NCBI RefSeq assembly: GCF_050320075.1
Contig: NZ_CP190018.1
From: Escherichia coli
Lineage (GTDB): Bacteria; Pseudomonadota; Gammaproteobacteria; Enterobacterales; Enterobacteriaceae
DNA length: 64,000 bases
Strand: one strand, 5' to 3'
This document shows, piece after piece, positions 38,758 to 48,439 of the stretch (position 1 is its first letter; every line of letters begins with the position of its first letter). The translations under genes and the position numbers were made by a program. The notes below the pieces were generated by a model, which saw only the letters and a list, made by a program, of their open reading frames with translations, did no database searches and had not been told where the DNA came from.

Positions 38758-39381
38758 CTAACGTGTGACCGTATTCAAAATGTTGTCTGCGATTGACTCT
38801 TCTTTGTGGCATTGCACCACCAGAGCGTCATACAGCGGCTTAACAGTGCGTGACCAGGTGGGTTGAGTAAGGTTTGGGATTAGCATCGTTACAGCGCGAT
38901 ATGCGGCGCTTGCTGGCATTCTTGAATAGCCGACACCTTTGCATCTTCCGCATTCTTTCTCAACAACTATCCCCCACAGCTCTGTTTTTGATATATCAAC
39001 CGCACGGCCTGTACCGTGGCAATCTCTGCATCTTGCGCCCGGCGTCGCGGCACTACGGCAATAATCCGCATAAGCGAATGTTGCGAGCACTTGCAGTACC
39101 TTTGCCTTAGTATTTCCTTCAAGCTTTGCAACGCCACGGTATTTCCCCGATACCTTGTGTGCAAACTGCATCAGATAGTTGATAGCCTTTTGTTTGTCGT
39201 TCTGGCTGAGTTCGTGCTTACCGCAAAATGCAGCCATTCCGAATCCGGCTTGTGATTGCGCCATCCCCATAGCAGCCATCACATCAGTACCGGAAAGAGA
39301 GTCAGAAGCCGTAGCCCGTGGTGAGTCACTCATCATCGGGCTTTTTGGCGAATGAAATTTAGCTACGCTTTCGAGTCTCAT
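38758..39381 (-). CDS. Q: Late antiterminator Q (lambda type)
   Basis: 207 aa, the same length as lambda Q. Zinc-binding CRDCHGTG...CGRCKG motif. Confidence 0.9.
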   Translation of the reverse strand: MRLESVAKFHSPKSPMMSDSPRATASDSLSGTDVMAAMGMAQSQAGFGMAAFCGKHELSQNDKQKAINYLMQFAHKVSGKYRGVAKLEGNTKAKVLQVLATFAYADYCRSAATPGARCRDCHGTGRAVDISKTELWGIVVEKECGRCKGVGYSRMPASAAYRAVTMLIPNLTQPTWSRTVKPLYDALVVQCHKEESIADNILNTVTR

Positions 39382-39566
39382 GGCCTTCCCCTTTTGCCCT
39401 GCTTGACCATCAGGACGCCGTTAACTATTACGTGACGCTCGCCTTTGCTGTCTCGGTTGTACTTGAGCACTGTTCCTCTTGCGCAGGAAAGCATCCTTGC
39501 CACTTCGGTCTGATTGCCTCGTGTCTGGATAAGAAGCTCTGGTATCGTTTGAATTGTGGCGTTCAT
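39378..39566 (-). CDS. ninH: NinH
   Basis: 62 aa with a Fis-like HTH (GNQTEVARMLSCARGTVLKY). Position before Q. Confidence 0.75.
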   Translation of the reverse strand: MNATIQTIPELLIQTRGNQTEVARMLSCARGTVLKYNRDSKGERHVIVNGVLMVKQGKRGRP

Positions 39567-39925
39567 GCGTTCTCCAGTTCGGTGATTTTTATTCCAAGCC
39601 TTCCGCCTGGTACTTTCACGCCACGAATTACGCGAATGTCATCGAATTGCTCGTCGTCTTCCGCAAATCCGGCGTGGATAAGGGAGTCGAGTAAACCTTT
39701 CAGGATGTTGTCGAGGTCGCGACGGCGGGAGTCCGGAACATCTACGATGACTTTGATGCGGAGTCGTGATTTGGTGAAAATGTCTAACTTAAGTTGGCGG
39801 ATGATTTGCTGAACGTCTTTTCGGTATTTCTGGCCTTTATCGCTGATGTAGTATTGGCTTCCCCGTCTTCGCCAGTAGGTGTTCAGCGACGGCGGGTATG
39901 GAAGCACAAACTGATATTCGTTCAT
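39563..39925 (-). CDS. rusA: RusA Holliday-junction resolvase
   Basis: 120 aa with PPSLNTYWRRRG...DLDNILKGLLDSL motifs. Confidence 0.9.
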   Translation of the reverse strand: MNEYQFVLPYPPSLNTYWRRRGSQYYISDKGQKYRKDVQQIIRQLKLDIFTKSRLRIKVIVDVPDSRRRDLDNILKGLLDSLIHAGFAEDDEQFDDIRVIRGVKVPGGRLGIKITELENA

Positions 39926-40212
39926 GACTTAATCTTCCCCTCCTTCAGCAGTATCGCCTGCGTCCTGATAACGCCTTCGAGGTGGTAAAGTCTGGTGTCT
40001 TTGTTGTCGAGGTTATGGGTGCGTCGGTCGATTTCATCGTGACACGCGCTACAAGCCCATGCGCCGATCAGGTCGTCAGGCTTCATTCCCGTTCCGCAAA
40101 TTCCAGCCATCCGGTAATGTGCCAGAACTGTAGTTTCAGGATTGCCATTGCATATGCCGTAAATACGTACCTGGCATTCTCTGCCGCGCGCTTCTTTGCG
40201 TAGATTAGCCAT
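39922..40212 (-). CDS. NinX/YbcO-like (DUF1364) putative nuclease
   Basis: 96 aa, Cys/His-rich (CQVRIYGICNG...CSACHDEID). In the nin region. Confidence 0.6.
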   Translation of the reverse strand: MANLRKEARGRECQVRIYGICNGNPETTVLAHYRMAGICGTGMKPDDLIGAWACSACHDEIDRRTHNLDNKDTRLYHLEGVIRTQAILLKEGKIKS

Positions 40213-40934
40213 TAAGCAGCCTCACCTGTTACTTTCAGCATTCCGTTATCGAGCAGCTTTCTGGTCAGCCACTGTTGACCACGCCCGGTGATTTTTGTGG
40301 TGAACGATATCTGTATTCCGTGATTTGTGTTGACCGCTGTTTCTTTCACTGTGAAATAGCCGCGATCCATATATTCCTGCATTGGCACATTGCGCCGGGA
40401 ACCTGAAGCAATAAGGATTTTGTGATCGCGCATCCACGCAAACAGTTTGTTTGGACCAATACCGACAACTTTTGCAAAGTTTCCAATCAAAATTCCGCTG
40501 GCCTCGCCAACGCGATCGGCAAACTCAACTTTAGGTGCGGCAATTGCGAGCTGGTTTTCCAGTTGCATTTTCTGCTCAGCAAGATCAGCAGCAAGGCGCA
40601 ACGCTTCTGGTAGCGTTTTGGGGATATTAACCGCAGCTTCTTCAAGCTCTCGCCAACGGTCAACAAGGCGAGCGGTGAACTCTGGCGACAACTGGGCAAC
40701 AACGACAATACTATCTCGCTTACCTTGTTCGCCTTCGAAGACGTAATGCTCGTACTGAACATTGAACCCTAAGTTATTGATTCTTTCGAAAACCTCAATT
40801 TGAGGAAGCCGGATAACACCATTTTTAGCCAGCGTTTCGATGGTACGCTTCACATTGTCATGACGCTTACCAACCAACTCAGCGATTTCAATGCTTGTCA
40901 TTTTGATGGCATTGCCATTTATTAACTCATTCAT
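40212..40934 (-). CDS. Rha-family phage regulatory protein with C-terminal antirepressor (ANT/KilAC-like) domain
   Basis: 240 aa with an N-terminal MTSIEIAELVGKRHDNVKRTIETL Rha signature. Confidence 0.7.
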   Translation of the reverse strand: MNELINGNAIKMTSIEIAELVGKRHDNVKRTIETLAKNGVIRLPQIEVFERINNLGFNVQYEHYVFEGEQGKRDSIVVVAQLSPEFTARLVDRWRELEEAAVNIPKTLPEALRLAADLAEQKMQLENQLAIAAPKVEFADRVGEASGILIGNFAKVVGIGPNKLFAWMRDHKILIASGSRRNVPMQEYMDRGYFTVKETAVNTNHGIQISFTTKITGRGQQWLTRKLLDNGMLKVTGEAA

Positions 40935-41097
40935 CGTCTTCTTCCTCGTACATTGAACTATTCGGATCGCTCATCAGTTCTGCGCAGCAATCGGAGCACA
41001 CGTGAACTTCCAGCACATGCAGCTTCTGACCGCAGTTAGCGCACGTTAAAGCCCGCTCGACGCTTTCTTGTTCGTAACTTCGATTTGGGTCAATCAC
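40927..41097 (-). CDS. ninF: NinF
   Basis: 56 aa from a GTG overlapping the ninE stop: [34 protein letters not shown].... Closely resembles lambda NinF. Too short for the ORF track. Confidence 0.75.
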   Translation of the reverse strand: MIDPNRSYEQESVERALTCANCGQKLHVLEVHVCSDCCAELMSDPNSSMYEEEDDE

Positions 41098-41276
41098 CTT
41101 GTTTTCCTCGCACGTTCTCTAAGCCACCGGATATCCCACAGGTGAGCCGTGTAGTTGAAGGTTTTTACGTCAGATTCTTTTGGGATTGGCTTGCGTTTAT
41201 TTCTGGAGCGTTTCGTTGGAAGGTATTTGCAGTTTTCGCAGATTATGTCGGTGATGCTTCGTCGCTGTCGTCTCAT
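41094..41276 (-). CDS. ninE: NinE
   Basis: 60 aa, basic. Same length and position as lambda NinE. Confidence 0.75.
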   Translation of the reverse strand: MRRQRRSITDIICENCKYLPTKRSRNKRKPIPKESDVKTFNYTAHLWDIRWLRERARKTR

Positions 41277-41683
41277 TCGTACCTCCTGTCGGTAAATCTG
41301 ACACCCTTACCAATAGCCCATGCTGTCGTGTACTCAATCAGACTTGCCATACGCTTCACGCTCATCTGTGCGCTGCTCTCACGAATGTTGACGTATTCGC
41401 CTTCAAGCCCGGGCAAAACATCAGCTTCCTGCTTTGTCGCCACTGCATGACCGCTTATCAACAAAACCTTCCATTGTTCTGGTTTTAACCATTTATCGCA
41501 CCATTGAACCTGACGTGCGATATCCGCCAGCATCGCGTGAAATTTTGCGTTCTGGTCAAGGTTGCGCTTGTAGTCAGTAATGCGGATGGTGACTGGCTTG
41601 TCTTTATCGAGTGGTGTTGCGAGGATGGCATTTATTGCAGCTTGCTGTTGTTGCTTAGTTCGGAGGAAGATTGTTTGCTTCAC
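41273..41683 (-). CDS. ninB: NinB (Orf-family recombination mediator, ssDNA binding)
   Basis: 136 aa. [19 protein letters not shown] motif typical of NinB. Confidence 0.8.
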   Translation of the reverse strand: MKQTIFLRTKQQQQAAINAILATPLDKDKPVTIRITDYKRNLDQNAKFHAMLADIARQVQWCDKWLKPEQWKVLLISGHAVATKQEADVLPGLEGEYVNIRESSAQMSVKRMASLIEYTTAWAIGKGVRFTDRRYE

Positions 41684-41694
41684 TGAATACTCCT

Positions 41695-41886
41695 TTATTT
41701 TTTATGCCTGTAACCCCATTCTTCCAGCAACCTTGCGGCGTACCACCCAAGAAACAAAGGAAAGAACATTACAATGAGATATTCCCCGCCACGGTCAATG
41801 TTCGAAATTGACCAGATTACGATGTAACCAGTGCAGGACAGGAATATTACAAACCCCAAAAAGCTACTTCGTCGACTCATGCTCAC
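41695..41886 (-). CDS. Small two-TM membrane protein
   Basis: 63 aa with two hydrophobic helices. ATGA-type coupling with the upstream ORF. Confidence 0.4.
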   Translation of the reverse strand: MSMSRRSSFLGFVIFLSCTGYIVIWSISNIDRGGEYLIVMFFPLFLGWYAARLLEEWGYRHKK

Positions 41887-42158
41887 TCCTTCACTTTTAT
41901 TCCAGCAGCGCGGATGTTTTCCTCATAAGCATCCATTGCATCACCGAAGCCATTGGAATAATCAACAGTAAACCCTTTGGCTAATGCTTCTCTGCTGTCG
42001 ATAAACTTTGGCGCGGTTATTTCAATAGCTGCGCGAGATGCCTGCCATGCCCTCCATGCCATTTCCGTGGATGAATAAACATACCCGCAATCACCATATG
42101 CAAGGCTTAAATTTTGCTTTTTCGCGAACTCCAAAAACTGCTTTCTTGATTCGTCCAT
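41883..42158 (-). CDS. Hypothetical protein (nin region)
   Basis: 91-aa ORF in operon orientation. Confidence 0.45.
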   Translation of the reverse strand: MDESRKQFLEFAKKQNLSLAYGDCGYVYSSTEMAWRAWQASRAAIEITAPKFIDSREALAKGFTVDYSNGFGDAMDAYEENIRAAGIKVKE

Positions 42159-42175
42159 CGATACTTACCCTCAGT

Positions 42176-42382
42176 TCAACTAACAAAACGCCACGCCATT
42201 TTTGCTACGACAACAGGCATAACACCGATAATCACCCAGACAAATGCAGCGCCAAACAACGTATACCATGGGTCTTTACCGTCATTCACAAGACGAATGT
42301 AGCTATGCAGAACAATAAAAAACGTCAGAAGAATCCATCCAACGCCAACGCATTTGCATGCGACGAGCATAAACTCAGCCAC
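42176..42382 (-). CDS. Small two-TM membrane protein
   Basis: 68 aa with two hydrophobic helices. Downstream of the primase-helicase. Confidence 0.4.
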   Translation of the reverse strand: MAEFMLVACKCVGVGWILLTFFIVLHSYIRLVNDGKDPWYTLFGAAFVWVIIGVMPVVVAKMAWRFVS

Positions 42383-42458
42383 GATTTACTCTCCCCCAAA
42401 TAAAAAGGCCTGCGATTACCAGCAGGCCTGTTATTAGCTCAGTGATGTAGATGGTCAT

Positions 42459-44339
42459 TTAATACTCCGTCACGTTTTCCTGTCGCCACGCCTCGTCATA
42501 TTCCGATTTCGGCATATTGGCGATGTAGCTATATGGCGATCCTGATTCAAGTTGCAGGAACTGGTGCGATTGCTCGTCAAGGAACAACGGGACACCACCT
42601 TCCCAACCTTCGCCGTTACGTTGCTTTTCAAGCATCAAAACAGATGCCGGAGATGCCAGTAGCTGTTCGTCCTTCTCTGACATCCTTTCACCACTCTGAA
42701 CTCTCTGTAACGCTCTCTCGCGAGCCTTGTTACGCCAGATGATGAAAAGGTTGTCTGTCAGGTCTGTTATCGCTCCAGAGCCTTTTACGTCCATTTTCCC
42801 GGTTGGTTTTTCTTCGCTGTCACCTTTTCGCGAGTGAGTAACGAGAATGACGTGGGAGTTTGTTTTGTTTTTGAAATCGCAAATCGAGTCAACAAACGCC
42901 TTCTGCCCGTTATAGTCATCGTCGCCTATGCCACATTTCATCAGGCTGTCGATGATGAATAACTGGATGCCGTATCGGCGGCGAGCGTAGTCGAATATTT
43001 CGATCAGCCTGTCGGCTTTCGCCGTTCCGGTCAGACCAAACACCCAAAGTCTTTCGTCATAAAATTTAAATGCAGAGTCAATTTCCAGCACTGGCGGCAT
43101 CTTGCAGCACGTCGCCTGACGGGTAAGTCGTTTAAGGAGAATGCCTGGCTTCAGCTCAAGTGACGCGATGCACGTCTTCACACCCTGACGCATTGCCTCA
43201 AGTGCCATATGCCCGACAACCTCCGTTTTTCCGTGACCGTTCACACCATTGACCAGCGTCAACTCGGCCTCACGGAACTGGAATTTATCTGCCAGAGATT
43301 CCCACGGTGGATTAAACAGATACTGCTGCTTGCCGTAGAAAGCGTTGATAGTGTCCTGGTAAAACTCTCGCGCGCTGTAGAGTTCTTCAGGATCGAAGTA
43401 GGATGCCGTGCCGATGTACTGCCAGATTTCATCCTCGGTAACACCGTTCATCAGGCATTCGTTGATGTCTTTGTACGGCAGAGTAACAAGACGGCAACGA
43501 TGTTCACCGAGTCGGCTTGCGATTTCCCTTGCGGCTTCACGACCAACATCATCAACGTCCATCGAGATGAATATTTCCTCAAACCTGTCGAGGTTGTGAT
43601 ACTCAAACTCAATCCACTGTTGCTTAGCGCCTTTCCCGCCACCAAACGGCACGGATAACGCCGAGATGCCGTATTGCGCATAGCTCATACAATCAATTTC
43701 GCCTTCGCAAAGTACAACCGCCCTCACGCCAGCGTCCAGAGCCTGCCATCCGAACAGACAAGGTTCGCAATCACCCTCTGCCATAATGACTTTCTTCCCG
43801 TCCGGGCGCTCAGTGCTGATTCGCTTGACCTGCAACAACTCACCATCGCGTTTGTACGGAAGCACCAGTGCATCAAGTTCTCGTTCTCCATTCCACACCT
43901 TGCCGCTGACAACCTCGTAGCGCTTTACGACTTCTGGCGATATGCCACGCGATTGCAGGTACTCAAGATGGGATTCTGTTCTGGTAACGTAGCGGGCGAT
44001 TTTCTTGCGGTCAGGTCTGGAGAATTTCTTCTCACGTTTGGCATCGAAATGGTGATCGTCATCCTTGATTCCGAGAAAGGCTTTCGCTTCCTGCATAGCC
44101 TGATGCAGGTTAATTCCACGACATGCCATCCACAAATCAAGCATGTCACCGCCGTCTCCCTCAGCGAAATCAGCCCATTTTTTCTTGCCGCTAAGGTTGA
44201 CCTTAAGGCTGTTTCCCTTGTCACCGTTGACGTTACCGGCAACCCACTCATGCCCCTCTTTCTTGCCGTTTGGCAACAGGTGCGGAGCCACCCTGTCAAC
44301 CTGCGCCCAAAGCAGGTCGCTAAGTTCACTTGGCGTCAT
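42459..44339 (-). CDS. Bifunctional TOPRIM primase / DnaB-RecA-like helicase (T7 gp4/Twinkle-like)
   Basis: 626 aa. TOPRIM residues (VLCEGEIDCMSY, FISMDVDDVG), then Walker A GVNGHGKTE and Walker B LFIIDSL. Confidence 0.8.
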   Translation of the reverse strand: MTPSELSDLLWAQVDRVAPHLLPNGKKEGHEWVAGNVNGDKGNSLKVNLSGKKKWADFAEGDGGDMLDLWMACRGINLHQAMQEAKAFLGIKDDDHHFDAKREKKFSRPDRKKIARYVTRTESHLEYLQSRGISPEVVKRYEVVSGKVWNGERELDALVLPYKRDGELLQVKRISTERPDGKKVIMAEGDCEPCLFGWQALDAGVRAVVLCEGEIDCMSYAQYGISALSVPFGGGKGAKQQWIEFEYHNLDRFEEIFISMDVDDVGREAAREIASRLGEHRCRLVTLPYKDINECLMNGVTEDEIWQYIGTASYFDPEELYSAREFYQDTINAFYGKQQYLFNPPWESLADKFQFREAELTLVNGVNGHGKTEVVGHMALEAMRQGVKTCIASLELKPGILLKRLTRQATCCKMPPVLEIDSAFKFYDERLWVFGLTGTAKADRLIEIFDYARRRYGIQLFIIDSLMKCGIGDDDYNGQKAFVDSICDFKNKTNSHVILVTHSRKGDSEEKPTGKMDVKGSGAITDLTDNLFIIWRNKARERALQRVQSGERMSEKDEQLLASPASVLMLEKQRNGEGWEGGVPLFLDEQSHQFLQLESGSPYSYIANMPKSEYDEAWRQENVTEY

Positions 44340-44446
44340 GATTCCCTCAGATTGAGATTTTTAAACCAGAAATCGACAAACGAAATACTTAACCAGCCGT
44401 GGTTATAACCAGCGACCAGTAGCGATTTGATTTTTGATTTCATGGT

Positions 44447-45307
44447 TCACCTGTCGAAAAACACGTAGCCAGTTTTCGATACGGTGATTGCGGATGGTGG
44501 TTTGGATTGTGGTTGAATGGTTTCTGGCTTTTCGTCGTTCCAGCGCTGACCGTTCAGGTAGCTCGATGGTAACAACCTGTCGAATCCGAACTGCTTACCA
44601 TTCCTGCATGCGATGTCTTCTGCCAGCATCGTGGCAAACTCGCTTGCCGTACCCCTTGTAGTTTTACGCCATTCCCTGAACTGTGTTCTGAATGCCGAAG
44701 CCGCGTTTTTCTTCCCGGCTTTCCGCATGCCTGCACACCAGAATATTTCCTCGAATGCCTTGTCGGTTTCTTCGTGACGGTCAGGTGATTTTTCACACTC
44801 CGTCCGAACACTTTCGGACATAGTGTTTTTATTATTTCTTTTTTCTTTTGTAATAGTTTCTTTTGTGTGTCCCTGTTTTGGTGACAGCGCTGTCACCGTT
44901 TTGGTGACACTTTTTGTCACCAATGCAGTGACATTATCACCAGAGTAGTGACACCCTTCGATTTGCCATTCCTCGATGTTCTTGTTAGGCCCGATTTGCT
45001 GGCCTTCGCGAAGGATTACCTTCATCGCGATAAGCTCATTCTTGGCCTTGTTTACCTTCTGTCTTGGCAGCCTGGTAATTTGAGCTAACTGACTATCAGA
45101 GATGCGATCCATCTTTTTACCGTAGCCGTATGTTTTACGGCATATGGCGTGGGCAACCTTGCTCTGATTTTTCGTTAAATCTGCGCCGATAAGCTCTTCA
45201 TACAGGGCATTTGCAAGACGGGTATAACCATCTTCAACTTCTGCCACACGACGCTCCACAGGCCGTTGTGAAGACCTTAAATGTGTTACGGTTGCAAGAT
45301 TACTCAT
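44447..45307 (-). CDS. Replication initiator, lambda O-family N-terminal domain
   Basis: 286 aa. Has the [41 protein letters not shown] winged-helix signature. Contains internal iterons. Confidence 0.8.
   Translation of the reverse strand: MSNLATVTHLRSSQRPVERRVAEVEDGYTRLANALYEELIGADLTKNQSKVAHAICRKTYGYGKKMDRISDSQLAQITRLPRQKVNKAKNELIAMKVILREGQQIGPNKNIEEWQIEGCHYSGDNVTALVTKSVTKTVTALSPKQGHTKETITKEKRNNKNTMSESVRTECEKSPDRHEETDKAFEEIFWCAGMRKAGKKNAASAFRTQFREWRKTTRGTASEFATMLAEDIACRNGKQFGFDRLLPSSYLNGQRWNDEKPETIQPQSKPPSAITVSKTGYVFFDR
44879..44956. repeat. Phage replication origin iterons (GTGACA/TGTCAC) inside the O-like gene, with adjacent AT-rich tract 44820-44870
   Basis: At least five GGTGACA/TGTCACC half-sites within 80 bp, followed by a T/A-rich block. 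Lambda-ori-like layout. Confidence 0.7.
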
Positions 45308-45446
45308 GACCTTTCTCCTTCTGCATCAGCTTCACTTTTTCCAACTCAGCCCGGAATCGACCAGGCTGCTTGAAGCTGGACAGGAAGCGATCACGTAGTA
45401 TGTGTTTGTGAATTTTGTCCTGGTAAGGACTGAGTTGTTTTGTCAT
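45300..45446 (-). CDS. Small protein (48 aa), P22 orf48 position
   Basis: [48 protein letters not shown]. The stop overlaps the O-like start. Too short for the ORF track. Confidence 0.5.
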   Translation of the reverse strand: MTKQLSPYQDKIHKHILRDRFLSSFKQPGRFRAELEKVKLMQKEKGHE

Positions 45447-45480
45447 AATTACTTCTGTGGATTGATCCAGTCTTTCTACA

Positions 45481-45762
45481 TCAGGCCTCGAAGAATTCGC
45501 CGTTCTTCGGGGCTTTTTCTTTTGTCAGGTAATCGGCAAGCCGCTTAGTCAATTCAGCCATTTCATCGTCTTCGATTCCGTATTCCAGAACAGCAAGCAT
45601 CATGCTTACCTGCGAGAAGAAACCATTCTTCCATCGGCTTACCTGATATTCAGGAACCCCCATTGCTCGAGCGAATGTCTTCTGCCCCATCAGTGCCAGT
45701 TTGTTCAGCAAGGCTGACTCGATGCGAGCCGCTTTCTTGCTTTTAGTTGCAATAGTACCCAT
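45481..45762 (-). CDS. cII: CII-type lysogeny establishment activator
   Basis: 93 aa. [33 protein letters not shown] resembles lambda CII / P22 C1. Confidence 0.85.
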   Translation of the reverse strand: MGTIATKSKKAARIESALLNKLALMGQKTFARAMGVPEYQVSRWKNGFFSQVSMMLAVLEYGIEDDEMAELTKRLADYLTKEKAPKNGEFFEA

Positions 45763-45838
45763 AGATAATTTCCTTAATGATTAGATAGAGTTGGCTTCGC
45801 AAAGAAACGCAAAACCATAGAGATTTGTTTCTGGTAAT

Positions 45839-45853
45839 GCCCTTTTTCAGGGC
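45839..45853 (-). promoter_or_regulatory. nutR boxB
   Basis: Minus strand gccctgaaaaagggc, identical to lambda nutR boxB, between cro and cII. Confidence 0.85.
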
Positions 45854-45878
45854 TGTGATGTGTAAGAGCTAGAATGTC

Positions 45879-46094
45879 TTAAGCGGCTTTGCGTTCCGGC
45901 GGGAACACGTCATCAAGACTGACTTTTGCGCCTAACTTGTTTAGGCACTCAACAAGAGCACGGCATGTTTTAAGGTCTGGGAAGCGACGACCAGATTCCC
46001 AATGTCCGATAGCTCCCTGTGTGCATCCAACTGCCTTAGCAAGTGTTGTTTGAGAGATATTCAGTGACTCTCGATATTTTCGTAGGTTGCTCAT
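45879..46094 (-). CDS. cro: Cro-like HTH repressor
   Basis: 71 aa from MSNLRKYRESLNISQTTLAKAVGCTQGAIGHWESG (GGAGGG SD). Divergent from the CI-like repressor. The ORF-track 128-aa version is over-extended. Confidence 0.8.
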   Translation of the reverse strand: MSNLRKYRESLNISQTTLAKAVGCTQGAIGHWESGRRFPDLKTCRALVECLNKLGAKVSLDDVFPPERKAA

Positions 46095-46122
46095 ATGCCC
46101 TCCATAGTAACCATGAAACAAT

Positions 46123-46196
46123 AATACGATATGTACTTTTAGAATGCAAACAAAAAATACATCTTGTGCGTGGATGATTTTAGTACAGAGCGTAAT
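46123..46196. promoter_or_regulatory. OR operator cluster (AGTAC-N5-GTACT family)
   Basis: aatacgatatgtact (46123-46137), aatacatcttgtgcg (46156-46170, weak) and agtacagagcgtaat (46182-46196), between cro and the repressor. Confidence 0.55.
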
Positions 46197-46205
46197 AATA
46201 AGGGT

Positions 46206-46865
46206 ATGAAAATGAAATGGTATGAACTGGCTAGATCCAGAATGAAAGAGCTCGGCATAACTCAAGAGAAGTTAGCTGAAGAGCTTGGTATGACGCAGGG
46301 TGGAATTGGTCACTGGTTGCGCGGATCTCGTCATCCATCTCTTGACGAGATTGGTGTGGTGTTTAAATACCTTGGTATTGATAACGTCTCATTCAACCAC
46401 GACGGTACATTTTCACCTGTTGGCGAATACTCATCTGCCCCCGTTAAAAAACAATATGAGTACCCTGTTTTTTCTCATGTTCAGGCCGGGATGTTCTCGC
46501 CTGAGCTTAGAACCTTTACCAAAGGTGATGCGGAGAGATGGGTCAGCACAACCAAAAAAGCCAGTGATTGTGCGTTCTGGCTTGAAGTTGAAGGTAATTC
46601 CATGACCGCGCCAACAGGATCCAAGCCAAGCTTTCCTGACGGGATGTTAATTCTCGTTGACCCTGAGCAGGCTGTTGAGCCAGGTGATTTCTGCATAGCC
46701 AGACTTGGTGGTGACGAGTTTACCTTCAAGAAGCTGATCAGGGATAGCGGGCAGGTGTTCCTACAGCCACTAAACCCGCAATATCCAATGATTCCATGCA
46801 ATGATAGCTGTTCCGTAGTAGGGAAAGTTATCGCCAGCCAGTGGCCTGAAGAGACATTTAGTTAA
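46206..46865 (+). CDS. CI/C2-type prophage repressor (XRE HTH + S24 LexA-like autopeptidase)
   Basis: 219 aa from [34 protein letters not shown]. Ala-Gly cleavage site (VQAGMF), Ser (GNSMTAP) and Lys (FTFKKL). Confidence 0.9.
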   Translation: MKMKWYELARSRMKELGITQEKLAEELGMTQGGIGHWLRGSRHPSLDEIGVVFKYLGIDNVSFNHDGTFSPVGEYSSAPVKKQYEYPVFSHVQAGMFSPELRTFTKGDAERWVSTTKKASDCAFWLEVEGNSMTAPTGSKPSFPDGMLILVDPEQAVEPGDFCIARLGGDEFTFKKLIRDSGQVFLQPLNPQYPMIPCNDSCSVVGKVIASQWPEETFS

Positions 46866-46944
46866 CAGCCTCACAACTCTAAAACACACATCAATAACCC
46901 GACCTTAGCGTCGGGTTTTCTTTTTCCAAAATATAAACCCATTA

Positions 46945-47017
46945 AATACAAAGCGTTATAAAAAACTAATTATATTTAGAACATTTTGTATTGACTCGAT
47001 AAAGTACAAATCGTACT
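46945..47017. promoter_or_regulatory. OL operators / PL promoter
   Basis: agtacaaatcgtact (47003-47017, perfect 5-N5-5 palindrome) overlaps ttgact...tactat. A weaker aatacaaagcgttat lies at 46945-46959. Confidence 0.55.
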
Positions 47018-47074
47018 ATTTAGCCATCAGCAGGACGCACTAACCACCATGAAGGTGATGCTCTTAAAAATTTA

Positions 47075-47089
47075 GCCCTGAAGAAGGGC
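47075..47089 (+). promoter_or_regulatory. nutL boxB (boxA-like gctcttaa at 47060-47067)
   Basis: gccctgaagaagggc, identical to lambda nutL boxB, upstream of N. Confidence 0.85.
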
Positions 47090-47199
47090 AGCATTCAAAG
47101 CAGAAAGCTTTGAGTAGCGCGAAATGCAGCTGCAAGACAGCAACCGTGGAGATAAGCATCACGGCGCGTTACTCAAAGCTAACTGACAGGAGAATCCAG

Positions 47200-47526
47200 A
47201 TGAATGCACAAACACGCCGCCGCGAACGTCGCGCAGAGAAACAGGCTCAATGGAAAGCAGCAAATCCCCTGTTGGTTGGGGTAAGCGCAAAACCAGTTAA
47301 CCGCCCAATTCTCTCGCTGAATCGCAAACCGAAATCACGAGTAGAAAGCGCACTGAATCCGATAGACCTTACGGTGCTGGCTGAATACCACGAACAGATT
47401 GAAAGCAACCTGCAACGTATTGAGCGCAAGAATCAGCGCACATGGTACAGCAAGCCACGCAGTGAAATGGGTGTGACTTGTGTTGGTCGCCAGAAAATGA
47501 AATTAGGCAGCAAACCACTTATTTGA
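47200..47526 (+). CDS. N: Antiterminator N (lambda type)
   Basis: 108 aa from MNAQTRRRERRAEKQAQWKAANPLLVG, with the arginine-rich motif essentially that of lambda N. The ORF-track start at 47110 is over-extended. Confidence 0.9.
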   Translation: MNAQTRRRERRAEKQAQWKAANPLLVGVSAKPVNRPILSLNRKPKSRVESALNPIDLTVLAEYHEQIESNLQRIERKNQRTWYSKPRSEMGVTCVGRQKMKLGSKPLI

Positions 47527-47534
47527 GGTGAGAT

Positions 47535-47786
47535 ATGGAGTTTCATGAAAGTGCGATTTGTGATTTTCGCGCTAACGCAAATTCAGTAAAACCACAGCCA
47601 ATTGCAGTTCTTTTTAAAACAATGGGGGCGTGGGCTGTTTTATGCTTCGCCGCTGACGACACTGACGCAAGAATGGCAATAGGCCAAGAGATGGAGATGG
47701 ACCCGACAAACGATGAATTCATAATTTATGGCGCTCCATCTAATTACTTACTTGATACCTGCAACATTTACAACAAGGCTGCCTGA
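47535..47786 (+). CDS. Hypothetical protein after N
   Basis: 83-aa ORF with a GGTGAG SD-like sequence. No family recognised. Confidence 0.4.
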   Translation: MEFHESAICDFRANANSVKPQPIAVLFKTMGAWAVLCFAADDTDARMAIGQEMEMDPTNDEFIIYGAPSNYLLDTCNIYNKAA

Positions 47787-48012
47787 TGGTGGCCTTTATT
47801 TTTGGCATAAACAACAGAATAAACACTGCACTGTGTATTCATTCCAACGAGTGAATACACGGAGCAATGTCGCTCGTAACTAAACAGGAGCCGACTTGTT
47901 CTGATTATTGGAAATCTTCTTTGCCCTCCAGTGTGGGGGCTTTTTTATATGCATACCAATAACGCTTCACTCGAGGCGTTTTCGTTATGCAATCAAACAG
48001 AAGGAGCATCCT

Positions 48013-48183
48013 ATGCAACAGTTCGCTATTGCAGGGGCGGCATCGGTTCGCCCTTTCAACCCGATTTTATCGGTACAGCATTCACGAAAAAATATTTTAA
48101 CCGGAGCAGACTTTAAACAACCAAGAATGAAAAGTTTGCTCGAAAAGCTTTGGGATATTTTGAAACAACAAGGCCGTCCATGA
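48013..48183 (+). CDS. cIII: CIII-like FtsH inhibitor
   Basis: 56 aa from an AAGGAG-preceded ATG. MQQFAIAG...LLEKLWDILKQQGRP parallels lambda CIII MQYAIAGW...LIDILNQPG. Confidence 0.6.
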   Translation: MQQFAIAGAASVRPFNPILSVQHSRKNILTGADFKQPRMKSLLEKLWDILKQQGRP

Positions 48184-48258
48184 GTTTTACGGATAACTGG
48201 TCAGACGAAGAATTCATTCGTCAGATGAAAGAATTAATCGGTAACGAAGGAGATATTC

Positions 48259-48429
48259 ATGTCACTTGCAACCACAGTGAAGGAGAGCAAGTTACAGAGA
48301 CGCATGTACACGCAGAAAGCTCTCTGGTATCGCCATAATGGCGACCGCGAAGGAATGCGGGTATGCCTTAATTTGTCCCGAGTCGAAGTATTAAATCAGC
48401 GTTATTTCCTTGGGCCATGTCCATTCTGA
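48259..48429 (+). CDS. Small ORF (56 aa) at kil position
   Basis: GAAGGA SD. MSLATTVKESKLQRRMYTQKALWYRHNG.... Overlaps an alternative 62-aa ORF (48150-48338), and it is unclear which is real. Confidence 0.3.
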   Translation: MSLATTVKESKLQRRMYTQKALWYRHNGDREGMRVCLNLSRVEVLNQRYFLGPCPF

Positions 48430-48439
48430 GAACAATCAT

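Noticed and set aside
47908-48183. A 91-aa ORF and the overlapping 61-aa ORF upstream of cIII.
   Set aside because: Only the last 56 codons, which have an AAGGAG RBS and CIII-like ends, look genuine. The upstream extension crosses noncoding sequence.
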